A DNA stretch of 64,000 bases from Gammaproteobacteria bacterium (GCA_965277405.1 OZ255726.1:672001-736000), one strand, 5' to 3'. Numbered from the stretch's first letter, positions 9,877 through 21,511 are shown. Notes: generated by a model not told the origin, from the sequence alone. Made by a program: numbers and translations.

Positions 9877-12385
9877 GCGCAGCATTGAGTGTAGCAATAA
9901 GTAGGCGGCGGAGCTGCTGTTGCTGGTCTGGGTCTAACGGCTGCCCATTATTTTTTATGTCGAAAGAATCTTCAATGTTTTCTCCAAGTGTTGAAACCCG
10001 CGCACGTTGAATTGAAAAATTAAGGTCAAAAATAATTTGGGTGACCGCAGCGAGCAATCCGCTGATATTACTGCAGATAAGTTGCAGCGTCGTGCCACCG
10101 TGGGCATTCTCATTAAATTGGATTTTTGGTGTTTTCCAAAATTGTTGTTTTGAACGTTGCACCCAACGCTCGCTAGGACTGCTGCCGTATAGGATTGCGT
10201 TGATGAGTTCCTTGGCAATATCTGGATAGCGTTCTGGGGCAACGGGTCTGTTTGTTTCGTCTAGGACGATGAAAGTGTCATATACTAATCCAGTTGTGCT
10301 GGTAATAATCCGCGCATCTTGGATGTTGAAAGACTGTTTATCGATTGCATAAAAAATATCTCGCAATAATCCGCTGCGATCTTGATGGTGAATGAATATT
10401 CTGGTGGCCCCCAAATTATTATCATGGGTGGCTGAGAATTCTACCAAGGGATACGCGGTCGAGTGAAGAATTTTATCAGTCTGCCAGTGCAAGTTAGAGA
10501 TGGTGTGGTTCAAAAAATACTCTGTAGGTAAGGTATCCCACATTTTCTTAACGGTGCTGTGATGCTGTTTTGGAGTTTTTTCTAATATCGATTTTTTGCG
10601 CGCGATGATTTGCTGGTTGCGGGTATTGGGGATCTCTGTATGTAGATATTTGAGGGTGCTGCGGTATAAATAGTCAAATAACGTCGCACGCCAGCTTGTC
10701 CATAATGTCGGATTGGTGGCGTTGACATCAGCAACCGTAAGAATGTACAAATAATCAAGGTGTTCTTTGGTGCGGACTATTTTGCAAAATTGTTCAATAA
10801 CCCAAGGATCACTGATATCACTGTGTTGTGCCGTATATGAAAACGTCAAATGTTGGCGAACCAGCCACATCATAGTTGCGGATTGTTTTTTAGAATAACC
10901 ATGTTGTTTGGTGAATTTGGCAACATCAACCGCTCCTAGGACACTGTGATCGCCGCCTCTACCTTTGGCGATGTCGTGAAACAGCGCAGCAATTACCAGC
11001 ATATCATAGCGTTCAATATTCCGCATTACCGCGCTTACTAGTGACAATGAATCTTCAAGTTTTTTATCTATTTGTATTTTTTGCAGCATCGCCACAACCT
11101 GTAAGGTGTGGGCGTCTACAGTATAAACATGGAATAAATCATGCTGCATTTGCCCAGAAACTCTGCCAAATGCAGGAATGTAGCGGCTAAGAATACCGTA
11201 CCTGCTCATCAACTCTAAATGATGACTGATGTCTTCTGAGTACAATAAAATTTCAACAAACAATTGGTTGACACGGTTGTTGTTGCGCACAGTGTGGTTG
11301 ATAAGATGCCGCGAGGTAAATAAATGTTGCGCTAGTTGACTATGAATGGCGGTGACTGCTGGGGTTGTTGCCAGATGCCAAAACGCTAACATCAAATTTG
11401 CTGGATCCATTTCTAATAAACGGACGTGGCGAATATTCAGGGTGTTGCCGATGCAATAAAAAATTGCATCAAGATTTTTACGTTGCTGGGGCAATGTTTT
11501 GCGATGTTTATATTCCTCGCACGCCTGAAAGGTATTGGCGTTAATCGCAACGCAGGCGCGTGCGTCTCGATAATACTTTTTCATCATTTGCTCTACCGCA
11601 AGTTGTCGGCCGTCCTGAAAGCCAAACATTGTTGACATTTGCCGTTGGTATTCAAACGAAAGTCTATCATTGCCGCGCGGGTTTTCTGCCAATAAGTGAA
11701 GCCCAAGCCGCAGCATATTGATATTATCCGCAGCAGTATTCAGCCGCTGTAATGCTGCGGGACGAATGATGTTAGCAGTATCAACGTTGTGGAATGTATT
11801 GTGTTGTAACAGCCACAACACTGTTTGCATATCGCGCATTCCACCAGGCGCGTGTTTAATGTTAGGTTCAAGGCTATAGCTGCTGTGAGCAAACTTGGTG
11901 TGGCGCTGGTATTGTTCTGACTGTTTTGCTTGGATGAACTCATCCCAAGACCATGCGCCAATATGAATTTGTTGCCAGTCGATAGTATGCCTGGTTAATG
12001 TTCTAGCGTCGAGCAGCGCAGTTGCAAAGGTGCAATCTGCTGCTGCAGTTTGTTGCAGAGCGGCTGCGTTGATAACGCGCTGGCCAATTTTCCAACCGCC
12101 ATCCCATAATGTTGCGTTGAATGTTTCTACGTGCTTAGCATATCCAGCATCGGCAATAATCAATATATCAATATCAGAACAAGGAAACATCATTCGTTGA
12201 CCATAACCACCTAGGGCGAAAAGTTGGCAAGGGGTATCATGAAGTTGTGCGCGTTGCCACGCAGCACAGACGAATGCGTCTATATGTGCAGCAATAAGAT
12301 ATAGCAGACGTTGGGCGCGTGCGGCAGATGGGCTGCGCCAAAATATTGGCGCTATCCGCTCACGAAGTTGGGATGCAAGACTCAT
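9845..12385 (-). CDS. glnD: PII uridylyltransferase/uridylyl-removing enzyme
   Basis: ALGGYG..PCSDIDIL, LEPNIK..PGGMRD, QMQHDLFHVYTVDAHT, FHDIAKGRGGDHS, two C-terminal ACT domains; start uncertain. Confidence 0.95.
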   Translation of the reverse strand: MSLASQLRERIAPIFWRSPSAARAQRLLYLIAAHIDAFVCAAWQRAQLHDTPCQLFALGGYGQRMMFPCSDIDILIIADAGYAKHVETFNATLWDGGWKIGQRVINAAALQQTAAADCTFATALLDARTLTRHTIDWQQIHIGAWSWDEFIQAKQSEQYQRHTKFAHSSYSLEPNIKHAPGGMRDMQTVLWLLQHNTFHNVDTANIIRPAALQRLNTAADNINMLRLGLHLLAENPRGNDRLSFEYQRQMSTMFGFQDGRQLAVEQMMKKYYRDARACVAINANTFQACEEYKHRKTLPQQRKNLDAIFYCIGNTLNIRHVRLLEMDPANLMLAFWHLATTPAVTAIHSQLAQHLFTSRHLINHTVRNNNRVNQLFVEILLYSEDISHHLELMSRYGILSRYIPAFGRVSGQMQHDLFHVYTVDAHTLQVVAMLQKIQIDKKLEDSLSLVSAVMRNIERYDMLVIAALFHDIAKGRGGDHSVLGAVDVAKFTKQHGYSKKQSATMMWLVRQHLTFSYTAQHSDISDPWVIEQFCKIVRTKEHLDYLYILTVADVNATNPTLWTSWRATLFDYLYRSTLKYLHTEIPNTRNQQIIARKKSILEKTPKQHHSTVKKMWDTLPTEYFLNHTISNLHWQTDKILHSTAYPLVEFSATHDNNLGATRIFIHHQDRSGLLRDIFYAIDKQSFNIQDARIITSTTGLVYDTFIVLDETNRPVAPERYPDIAKELINAILYGSSPSERWVQRSKQQFWKTPKIQFNENAHGGTTLQLICSNISGLLAAVTQIIFDLNFSIQRARVSTLGENIEDSFDIKNNGQPLDPDQQQQLRRLLIATLNAAHDSTTPPTAA

Positions 12386-12594
12386 TGGGTAAATTCTGAG
12401 TACGTAAGGATGTTCTGCTGAAGTCGCTGGTGCAACGTTGCATAGCTGCACCACTTTTTATATATAATTGCTAATGAGGGTTTAAGGTGGCATAGCTCAT
12501 CAGCGGCTAACACAGGCTTTATCATAACACCTTTAATAATCGATTGATATTTCTATAGCATTGGTGCGTGTAGCAAATTCAATAGTAGTGAATT

Positions 12595-12792
12595 ATGCGC
12601 AGATGCCTTCGAGGAAAAGACAAGGTAGACGACAGTGGTGCTGGTATCCGCACATCACAAACCGATCTTGATTTCGGGGTAGGCTATGCTGCTAGTCAAA
12701 CACTGACGCTGAATTTTAACATACGCGCCGATATTAGTAGTGATAATGGTGCTCAAGCTGGGGTTAACATGCTGTATAAACTGGGAGATTAA
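12595..12792 (+). pseudogene. C-terminal remnant of an outer-membrane beta-barrel (FapF/transporter-like)
   Basis: Alternating beta-strand pattern TDLDFGVGYAASQTLTLNFNIRADIS..GAQAGVNMLYKL; no N-terminal part present. Confidence 0.5.
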
Positions 12793-12880
12793 CCCTTACA
12801 ACAAGGAGGTGACACTATGGATTTTTTAATGAAAAATATTCTAATTTCTTTATTTTAAGCAAACTATTGAGGAGTTAACA

Positions 12881-13233
12881 ATGTTACGAAAAACTAAACA
12901 CCTAGTTGCTGTACTGCTTGTAGCAGGTTTTGCAGCACAACCTGCATTAGCGCAAAGCTTTAACCAAGACGATATGGACTTTGCTTTTGGTCATTCTGCT
13001 GTTAGCGCTGGTGTGAGCAATATCGCCCTGCTTTCCAGTGGGGCAATGCTGGAAACTGAGGGAGAGTTTGGACCATGGGGCGCTGTTGCTGGTGCAGGTG
13101 TTATGGCCGTTATGCAGGCAATGCCGTAGGTAGTGGTCATTTATCATGGCCTGCTCTGGCTGCTCGAATAACTGGCTTAACTGGAATTGCATATGGTGCC
13201 GCATCTACAAAGAATGGTGGTGGGACTAACTAA
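12881..13233 (+). pseudogene. Secreted Gly/Ala-rich bacteriocin-like precursor, frameshifted near 13100
   Basis: RBS GAGGAG; Sec signal (..AQPALA-Q); LLSSGAMLETEG motif then EFGPWGAVAGAG; continues in another frame YGRYAGNAVGSGHLSWPALAARITGLTGIAYGAASTKNGGGTN* (stop 13231-13233). Confidence 0.6.
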
Positions 13234-13576
13234 CCGCAATAACAACCCTTCTCGACAAAATTGTACGGGAAGGGTTGTTACTGATAATAAATTTTATAAT
13301 AAATATTATTTTTTAACGTCAGTGTTGATTATTACAGTCTATCTTTTTGTTTATTTTTTGGACAATTATCCAGATTGGTTGATAATAACGCATGTTGTTA
13401 TTAATACAATATTAGTTATTTTTGGCACAATAGCATATAAAAATCCTACATATAATGAGTTCTGCAGGATGTGCGTAAAACCAAGCAATATATATCAAAA
13501 GATATTTAGAATATTCGGATTTACATGGATGTTTATTGCCTGTTTATCGTTGAATATTTTTGAATCAAACACATAA
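13187..13576 (+). CDS. Small AT-rich membrane protein, candidate immunity protein (true start likely downstream)
   Basis: About three hydrophobic helices; directly after the precursor gene. Confidence 0.45.
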   Translation: MHMVPHLQRMVVGLTNRNNNPSRQNCTGRVVTDNKFYNKYYFLTSVLIITVYLFVYFLDNYPDWLIITHVVINTILVIFGTIAYKNPTYNEFCRMCVKPSNIYQKIFRIFGFTWMFIACLSLNIFESNT

Positions 13577-14138
13577 AATTATGATTATAATGGATATTGT
13601 TAATGTTATTATCTTCAAACCTGAAGATATATCATATTATAACAAATACACTTTTATTCAAATATTTCTAATGGTTATTATTATATTTCTAGTGGTTATT
13701 ATTATATCATCAGTTATTTCATTGTCGCCGACTGTGCCATCAACCCATATGGTTGTCTCTTATAGTTATTCGTTAATTATTAATTTTATGTCGATAATTA
13801 TCGCGGCACTATTCATACATTTTTGGGTTAAGATAAAGAAGATAGAAACTTCGTTTAAATCAATTTTATGTCTGACAAGTTTCGTCTCTATCATTGATAT
13901 TTTATTGGGGCCAATTGGATTATTAATAATATTATTTGAGTCAAAATTTTTATATAGTTTTGTAGTTATTGCTGCAATTTTATCTATTGCAATTGCTGTT
14001 GTGGCTTTTTCTAAAAGCACTGGACTAAGTAAACGTTTTATCTTTTTAGGTGTGATACTAGGCACTGTTTTTATTAAATTTTTGGCTAGTTTAGTAATGA
14101 CTTTGTTCTTTACAACCGAGATAATCCCTGTTGTATAG
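13560..14138 (+). CDS. AT-rich multi-pass membrane protein (Yip1-like topology)
   Basis: About five hydrophobic helices, I.KP near N-terminus; very low GC. Confidence 0.55.
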   Translation: MNQTHKIMIIMDIVNVIIFKPEDISYYNKYTFIQIFLMVIIIFLVVIIISSVISLSPTVPSTHMVVSYSYSLIINFMSIIIAALFIHFWVKIKKIETSFKSILCLTSFVSIIDILLGPIGLLIILFESKFLYSFVVIAAILSIAIAVVAFSKSTGLSKRFIFLGVILGTVFIKFLASLVMTLFFTTEIIPVV

Positions 14139-14150
14139 CCCAAAAAAACG

Positions 14151-14801
14151 ATGCTAAAAGCTTGTCTGATTGTTATTTTAGTAATTGCTAACTTTAAGGT
14201 CTTTGCTGCTGCTGTCCACCTTAATTACTACAACAACTAGCGCAGATGTTATAAACTCAACATGGAAAGAAATGCGTGATAAAGGCGTAGAAAAACAAGA
14301 CTTGGATTACCTTGTGGCTTAGCAGCAGCAGCAGCTATACTACGTTCTTTTTATTGCAAAGATGGATATGAAAAAGAAATTCTTGATGAGGTGATAAGGG
14401 TAGGAGACGATGGCAGTGCTTCGTTTGCAGACCTTGAGCAGGCAGTTAAGAAATTTGGTTTTAAAGCCGTTGGTTTAACCCTCAGTTTTACAAAGCTTAC
14501 AAGTATTCAAATCCCCGCGCTTGTTTATCTGCGTTACCGCGATACAGACCATTTTTCAGTGATTCGTGGGGTTAATGAGCAGGGTCTAGTTTGGTTGGGT
14601 GATCCAGCTTGGGGGAATCGTAAGTTTTCAGTGAGCAGATTTAAGTCGATGTGGGACACCCGAGACGACGACACCTTAACAGGGAAAATACTTTTGATTA
14701 TTCCAGAAAATAAAGCGTTAGCACCCATGCATCCAGAATTTTTTAAGTCACCACAAACCAATTCAACAGCTTACGATACGAAAATAGTATTTGTTGCATA
14801 A
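14151..14801 (+). pseudogene. Stand-alone periplasmic C39 peptidase (FapD-like), frameshifted
   Basis: Signal peptide from ATG 14151; WKEMRDKGVEKQDLDY/CG.A...IL.SFY split by frameshifts (TAC CT TGT GGC); then SFADL, HFSVIRG, V.LGDP.WGN. Confidence 0.8.
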
Positions 14802-14814
14802 GGAACCTCTGATT
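14802..14814. repeat. Solo MITE terminal repeat remnant
   Basis: GGAACCTCTGATT directly after the C39 stop codon. Confidence 0.5.
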
Positions 14815-14833
14815 TGCTGTTAGAAATGCAATA

Positions 14834-15163
14834 CTATGGTGATTCAGTTGGTGCGGCTGCGCTTGCTAATAGCGGTTGCAGCTCTCCAGATTGGTGCATT
14901 TCATATACAATGTCGCTACCGCCAAGCAACTCACCATTTGCCCACAGTTGTGGAAACGTCGGCCAGTTGGCAATTGATGGTAATGTTTTCCGTATTTCAG
15001 GTTGTTCTAGAATATTTACATAGGCGAATTTGCAACCACATTCGCTGAGAATTTCTACAGTTCGAGCAGAAAAGCCACACTGTGGCGCGTTCGGCGTACC
15101 CTTCATATATAGCAGAATTGGGTTTTCTTGTATTTGTTGCCGAATTGATTGTTCAATGTTCAT
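14834..15163 (-). CDS. grxD: Monothiol glutaredoxin Grx4
   Basis: LYMKGTP.APQCGFS, NWPTFPQLW..GEL.GGSDI. Confidence 0.96.
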   Translation of the reverse strand: MNIEQSIRQQIQENPILLYMKGTPNAPQCGFSARTVEILSECGCKFAYVNILEQPEIRKTLPSIANWPTFPQLWANGELLGGSDIVYEMHQSGELQPLLASAAAPTESP

Positions 15164-15245
15164 TGTTACTCCAAGATAATATGTTGATTGCACTAAAATG
15201 TATCGCTTGCTATGTTCTATGCATATAACTTACTATAGTACTACG

Positions 15246-15584
15246 ATGCCAAAAATTCAAATTCTTCCACATCCAACTGTCTGCCCAGCTGGGGCGAGCA
15301 TCGAAGTGGCAACTGGAACTACTGTTCTTGACGCAGCGCTTTCACAGGGGATTTTTATTGAACATGCGTGCGAGAAATCGTGTGCGTGCACCACATGCCA
15401 TGTGATTGTTCGTGCAGGCTATGAATCGTTGGATGAAGCATGTGAAATTGAAGAAGATATGCTGGATAAGGCATGGGGGCTAGAAGGGAATTCGCGGCTG
15501 AGTTGTCAGTGTCAAATAATACACGAAGACCTGATCATTGAGATCCCAAAATATACGCTGAACCAAGTCAGCGAAAAAAGATGA
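15246..15584 (+). CDS. fdx: ISC 2Fe-2S ferredoxin
   Basis: MPKI.ILPH..CP.G, IEHACEKSCACTTCHV, LDKAWGLE..SRLSCQ. Confidence 0.96.
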   Translation: MPKIQILPHPTVCPAGASIEVATGTTVLDAALSQGIFIEHACEKSCACTTCHVIVRAGYESLDEACEIEEDMLDKAWGLEGNSRLSCQCQIIHEDLIIEIPKYTLNQVSEKR

Positions 15585-15775
15585 ATTGGACAGATATAAT
15601 AGATATTGCGATTGAGCTTGAAACATTGCACCCAGATATCGACCCGCAATGGATTAACTTTGTTGATTTACGCGACAAAGTTGTAGCTATACCTGGGTTT
15701 GTCGGCACGACCGATGGATGCAATGAACGAGTACTTGAAGCGATACAAACGGCATGGATTGACGAGCGGGAATAA
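15581..15775 (+). CDS. iscX: Fe-S assembly protein IscX
   Basis: WTD..DIAIEL...HPD.DP..INF.DL...NE.VLEAIQ.AWIDE; follows fdx. Confidence 0.93.
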   Translation: MNWTDIIDIAIELETLHPDIDPQWINFVDLRDKVVAIPGFVGTTDGCNERVLEAIQTAWIDERE

Positions 15776-16060
15776 AGCGACTATAAACAAGCGAGTTTGC
15801 CTGCAATGGCTGATAGTTGTAAGGTGCAAACCGCTGGGCAAACCGTTGCGGATACGCCAAGGGATGCTACACAGTAAGACAGCAAGTGTGGTTGCCGCAA
15901 GCCAAGAGTGTCTGCAATAGGGGTAGAGGAAAACGCTGCTAAATCGTTGCAGCACTTGATAATAGCCACCAAGACCCACTAGTGTTATCTGCAGAAAACG
16001 TTTAAGTTTCATCAGCGTAGTTGCTGCGTATCGCCTATCATGGCATTAATCTTAGCTTCC
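15775..16060 (-). mobile_element. MITE copy 6, old and diverged
   Basis: Recognisable blocks (GCGAGTTTGCCTGCAAT, ATACGCCAAGGGATGC, CGTTGCAGCACTTG); end TTAATCTTAGCTTCC followed by CTAA. Confidence 0.8.
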
Positions 16061-16769
16061 CTAACTCCCGCTCAGTGAGTTTTTTTAATGCGACAAACAT
16101 ATTAGGAATGGAGCCAGATATTTTATGATTGACGGCAAATTGACCATTTACTACAAACATTTGTCCAGATATTTTCCCCATATCTATAATATTTTTTGCA
16201 TGCGTCATTAAATGGGTTACTTGCTCCGATTCAAACATCTTCCTGTATTCAAACGTATTGACACCATACACTCTAGAAAAGTGGTTGATAATGATGTTAG
16301 CATCATTTAGTTGCACGTTGCGTTGATGAATATCATGAAATGTTTCAACATGCGCGGTTGGTAATAGTCCCAAAACTTGATTGGTATAAAATGCGCGCGC
16401 TTGCAGATCCCATATTTGATTGTTTTGTAGAGGAATAAGCTGCACGTTGACTGGTTTATCGTAAAATTCATTTTTAAACAGATTGAAATAATGCTGCGCT
16501 GCGTTTGATGTCGGGCTGCCGTACCAAAAAAACTCTATAATGTCGACCATGCCGAGTTTACTCGGTGTTGTGATTGGTTTGCTATACCTGATAAATGGAA
16601 TGTTTGCTCCAATCGTGTCAACAGATATTGTGGCCAGGATACTTGGGTCAACCTTTTCATGGTCATAATAGCTGCTGGCGTTACGATTGAAAACGAATAC
16701 AGCTGTGATAGCAGCCGCTGCAATGAAAGCAAGTATTGAAACAATAGCAATTCGATTCTTAATGAGCAT
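16038..16769 (-). CDS. DsbA-family protein lacking the CxxC motif
   Basis: N-terminal TM anchor; EFFWYGSPTS in place of EFFWYGCPHC; ARAFY, F..IH, FVVNG; divergent from engB as dsbA is in pseudomonads. Confidence 0.8.
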   Translation of the reverse strand: MLIKNRIAIVSILAFIAAAAITAVFVFNRNASSYYDHEKVDPSILATISVDTIGANIPFIRYSKPITTPSKLGMVDIIEFFWYGSPTSNAAQHYFNLFKNEFYDKPVNVQLIPLQNNQIWDLQARAFYTNQVLGLLPTAHVETFHDIHQRNVQLNDANIIINHFSRVYGVNTFEYRKMFESEQVTHLMTHAKNIIDMGKISGQMFVVNGQFAVNHKISGSIPNMFVALKKLTERELGKLRLMP

Positions 16770-16877
16770 ATCTTGGCTAGTTGGTAGTATTTTTGTACTA
16801 ATATATGCCCTTTTACAGCTAAAAGGGATATGTTTCAATTTTTCCAGAACATATTTTTTAGATAATCAGAGGGTTGC

Positions 16878-17495
16878 ATGAGTTTTAATTGGTCGGCGGA
16901 ATACGGAGGAGCAGCGTTCACTTTAGCGCAATTACCGCCAGATTTTGGTAAAGAAATAGCCTGTGCAGGTCGGTCAAATTCTGGTAAGTCCAGTATTGTG
17001 AATGCGGTGTGCAATAACAAAAAACTGATGCGCATCAGTCAGACACCTGGATGCACTAAAGCTTTTCACTTTGTCGATATCCATTTACCCAATGTTGAGT
17101 TTGTAGCAGGGCGGATTGCAGACATGCCAGGACTTGGCTATGCCAAGGCTTCTAAAAAGCAGCGTAGGCAGTGGAAGATTGATATCTTCAATTATCTTGA
17201 ATATAGGCAGTCATTGGTTGCGCTTTGGTATGTGCTCGACTGTAGACACGGTGCCCAGCGCGTTGATGAACAAATGCTAGAATGGCTACAAGAGAGCAAT
17301 TGGCCGGTTTCAATGCTATTATCGAAGTCCGACAAGGTTTCTAAGAACCACCAAGCTGCAATGCGCGATTCTATCACACGTCAATTTGGTTTTCCAACAT
17401 TCTGCATTTCCGCAAGAAAATTATTAGGAATTGCAACGTTGCAAGCGCAGGTGAGTGATGTTATGAATAGCGCCGTTGAAAGCAAAAATCTTTAG
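16878..17495 (+). CDS. engB: Ribosome biogenesis GTPase YihA/EngB
   Basis: AGRSNSGKSS, S.TPG.T, DMPGLGYA, SKSDK. Confidence 0.93.
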   Translation: MSFNWSAEYGGAAFTLAQLPPDFGKEIACAGRSNSGKSSIVNAVCNNKKLMRISQTPGCTKAFHFVDIHLPNVEFVAGRIADMPGLGYAKASKKQRRQWKIDIFNYLEYRQSLVALWYVLDCRHGAQRVDEQMLEWLQESNWPVSMLLSKSDKVSKNHQAAMRDSITRQFGFPTFCISARKLLGIATLQAQVSDVMNSAVESKNL

Positions 17496-17650
17496 CATTT
17501 GATTTAATAACAGGTCCATGCAAAATAAAGTGGAATAGTGCTTGAGTTGTAGCAAGTTGCCGATAGTATCCGCAGTCTCGCATCGTCGTAGTATGTTTTA
17601 TTTCTTAAAAAGCAACAAAACGACTAGATATCGCGAGAAGTTATTGAAAA

Positions 17651-19366
<1,716 letters not shown>

Positions 19367-19427
19367 AAGTTTTATTACACGACATTAGATCGTACAATTT
19401 AAGCATAAATATCAACTCGCGTTCGCT

Positions 19428-19688
19428 ATGAATTATTCAGTCCAACCAAAATATAGCTACGTTGTTTTTGAAGATACGTCGTGCGAAAAAAAATTCCTTA
19501 TTCGCTCAACAGTGCAAAGTGAAAAAATCATCCAATGGGAAGATGGGAAAGAATACCCTCATGTACTCATAGATGTTTCTTCAGCATCGCATCCATTTTA
19601 TACGGGTGAGCGGCGTACAACAGCATCAGAAGGACGTGTTGCCAAGTTTCAAAAGCGATTTACAGCAAAGATTTCAGCACAAAAATAA
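19428..19688 (+). CDS. rpmE2: 50S ribosomal protein L31 type B (Zn-independent)
   Basis: P.Y..VVF.D, FLIRST, I.WEDGKEYP...DVSSASHPFYTG..R....EGRV.KF.KRF. Confidence 0.95.
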   Translation: MNYSVQPKYSYVVFEDTSCEKKFLIRSTVQSEKIIQWEDGKEYPHVLIDVSSASHPFYTGERRTTASEGRVAKFQKRFTAKISAQK

Positions 19689-20017
19689 ATAACTGCTGTA
19701 TTTCGCAGCAATATTTCGCTGTGGCTAATCCACTCAAATACAATATTTTAATAGATTAGCTTTCAAACGTAGTTAGTAGCATACTATTGAGGATATGCTG
19801 TTAATGCTATGTGTTGGTTTGTCCATAGGAATAGATGAAATCTAACTGAGCTGCAAGTAGCACCGCACTGATTGAACTGGTAGAGAATAGCTGATAAATA
19901 ATGACTAGCAAGGCGCAGCTCTTCTTGTAGCTGGAATTGTGATTACAGCACATCAACGGCTATGACCGCTCAACGTCTTTAATTACTGCGTGCTGGAGGT
20001 TCTTTTTTAAAAAACAA

Positions 20018-20398
20018 CTACCAGTCCAGTGTTGTTTTTACGGCTTGCAATTCTTGCGAATACATCATTTCAAGCATTTGATAGCCGCACGTAACTATAA
20101 TTACGTTGCAATAATTATCCAATACTTGTTGCCAAATTTCAGCGTCAAGTTTTTTAGCAATCAGGTTTTTAAAGCTATTCATTTCCTGTCTTTCCATCAT
20201 TCGCAGCATTGTAGGGCTGTTCAAACCAATCGCACCCGCGTCGTTTGCCGTTTGTTGTTTGATATAAGCAATCACATTTTTTTTCATATTATCAGAGCCG
20301 TCAAAATTGACTGGGTCAACAAAACCTTTAGGTGCAGCGTATGCAACGCTTGCTAGCAACACGCTCAACATTACTATGTATTTCACCGAGCTATCCAT
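20018..20398 (-). CDS. Hypothetical secreted protein (island cargo)
   Basis: Signal peptide ..SVAYA-A; FVDP.NFDGS; internal repeat-like LRMME/LEMMY. Confidence 0.6.
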   Translation of the reverse strand: MDSSVKYIVMLSVLLASVAYAAPKGFVDPVNFDGSDNMKKNVIAYIKQQTANDAGAIGLNSPTMLRMMERQEMNSFKNLIAKKLDAEIWQQVLDNYCNVIIVTCGYQMLEMMYSQELQAVKTTLDW

Positions 20399-20699
20399 CT
20401 GTTTTTAGATTTCTTTTTTTAAAGAAAAAGTGTAACAGCAGCAATATTATGAATGCTAGAGCGTTGATTGTGGCAAAACCCACGCCTTCCATAAGCCCAG
20501 CTGTTACCAATAATGACGGCGATAAAAAAACAACGTTTATCATATTTATTGCCAATGCCGCAATACCAAACGCTAATCCTTTGCCTGTGGCAAAAATTGC
20601 AGATAAAGACGCAACTAACGTTAAATATGCGCCGAGTACTGGCACGAAGATAGAAACAATAGCCACCACTAACGCAACAATTCCTAAAGCTAAACCCAT
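20391..20699 (-). CDS. Small hydrophobic membrane protein (island cargo)
   Basis: RBS GGGAG before ATG; several TM helices; overlaps next ORF. Confidence 0.6.
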   Translation of the reverse strand: MGLALGIVALVVAIVSIFVPVLGAYLTLVASLSAIFATGKGLAFGIAALAINMINVVFLSPSLLVTAGLMEGVGFATINALAFIILLLLHFFFKKRNLKTDG

Positions 20700-20819
20700 G
20701 CTGTTCTCCCGTTTGTTATATAACTTAATTAAAAATTTTAATTTATCACATAAAATCACAATGCAGCAATAAAGAGGCGGTGTATTGCACTGTTGACAAT
20801 ACTAGGTCAAACAGTAAAT

Positions 20820-20915
20820 ATCTCCCACTGCCGCAAGATCGGTGGTCGGGATTAGAGACCTGTATCTAGCGAGTGCACAGGCAATAAATATTTAGCAAGT
20901 GGATTTTTTACATGC
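20820..20915 (+). ncRNA. Degenerate c4/CI-type antisense immunity RNA of a P4-like element
   Basis: TTGACA (20793-20798) upstream of CACTGCCGCAAGATCGGTGGTCGGGATTAGAGACCTG...TTTTTT, resembling the c4 pattern GCAAAATC..GTCGGGATT..CCCG. Confidence 0.45.
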
Positions 20916-20933
20916 TTTTGATGCGCTAGGCTC

Positions 20934-21511
20934 TTACTGAGCATGTTGGTTTGATACTACGTCGTGGACTATCGTTGCAAAAGTATTTTTACTTGCATGA
21001 ACACCTGCGAGCTTATCATTTTGATTATTAACGTTTTGGTCAATATTTTGTTGCAATAGCTGACGTGCGCTATATGCCGAATCTCTTGCATCTTTTAAAG
21101 GAAACGGCAGGATAGACCACGCTTGCAAGCACTGTTGCCTGTTTAAAAGGTCGATATTTTAAGTGCCAATATTTAGAGACGTTAGGGAAGCTCTGATTAT
21201 TCCATGATGGGCGAGGCGGAGAAAAAACGCTGATGAAACTTAAGCGCAGTGCGCAGATAATACTGGTGGTCTTGTGGGTGCTGCCAAGTGCTGCAACGAC
21301 GTTAGTTCCGCTTTTTTCCCCGTCGTTGTGTTGAATATACTTTGGGTTTGTCGCAATTGCTGACGCTTGTGTGTTGCATCCCTTGGCGTATCTGCTATGG
21401 CATGCGCCTTGCAATCATCAGCAATTGCAGGCAAACTCGCTCCATCAGCGAGTTAATCAGAGGTTCCTTAGGTTTGGCTTTGTTGACAAACAGCGCGGTT
21501 AATGTATTCAC
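20934..21511 (-). pseudogene. P4-type integrase N-terminal fragment, interrupted by a MITE
   Basis: MNTLTALFVNKAKP [MITE] PNVSKYWHLKYR...VYPAVS / LKDAR...ARQLL.Q.ID....NTF matches the P4 integrase arm-binding domain; GGGGGTATA/TATACCCC arm-type sites at 21529-21569; directly downstream of tRNA-Met. Confidence 0.8.
21186..21467 (+). mobile_element. MITE copy 7 (~282 bp)
   Basis: TTAG at 21182-21185 and 21468-21471; TIRs intact. Confidence 0.9.

Noticed and set aside
19721-19727. GTGGCTA as attR partner of the tRNA-Met 3' end
   Set aside because: Only 7 bp; expected by chance
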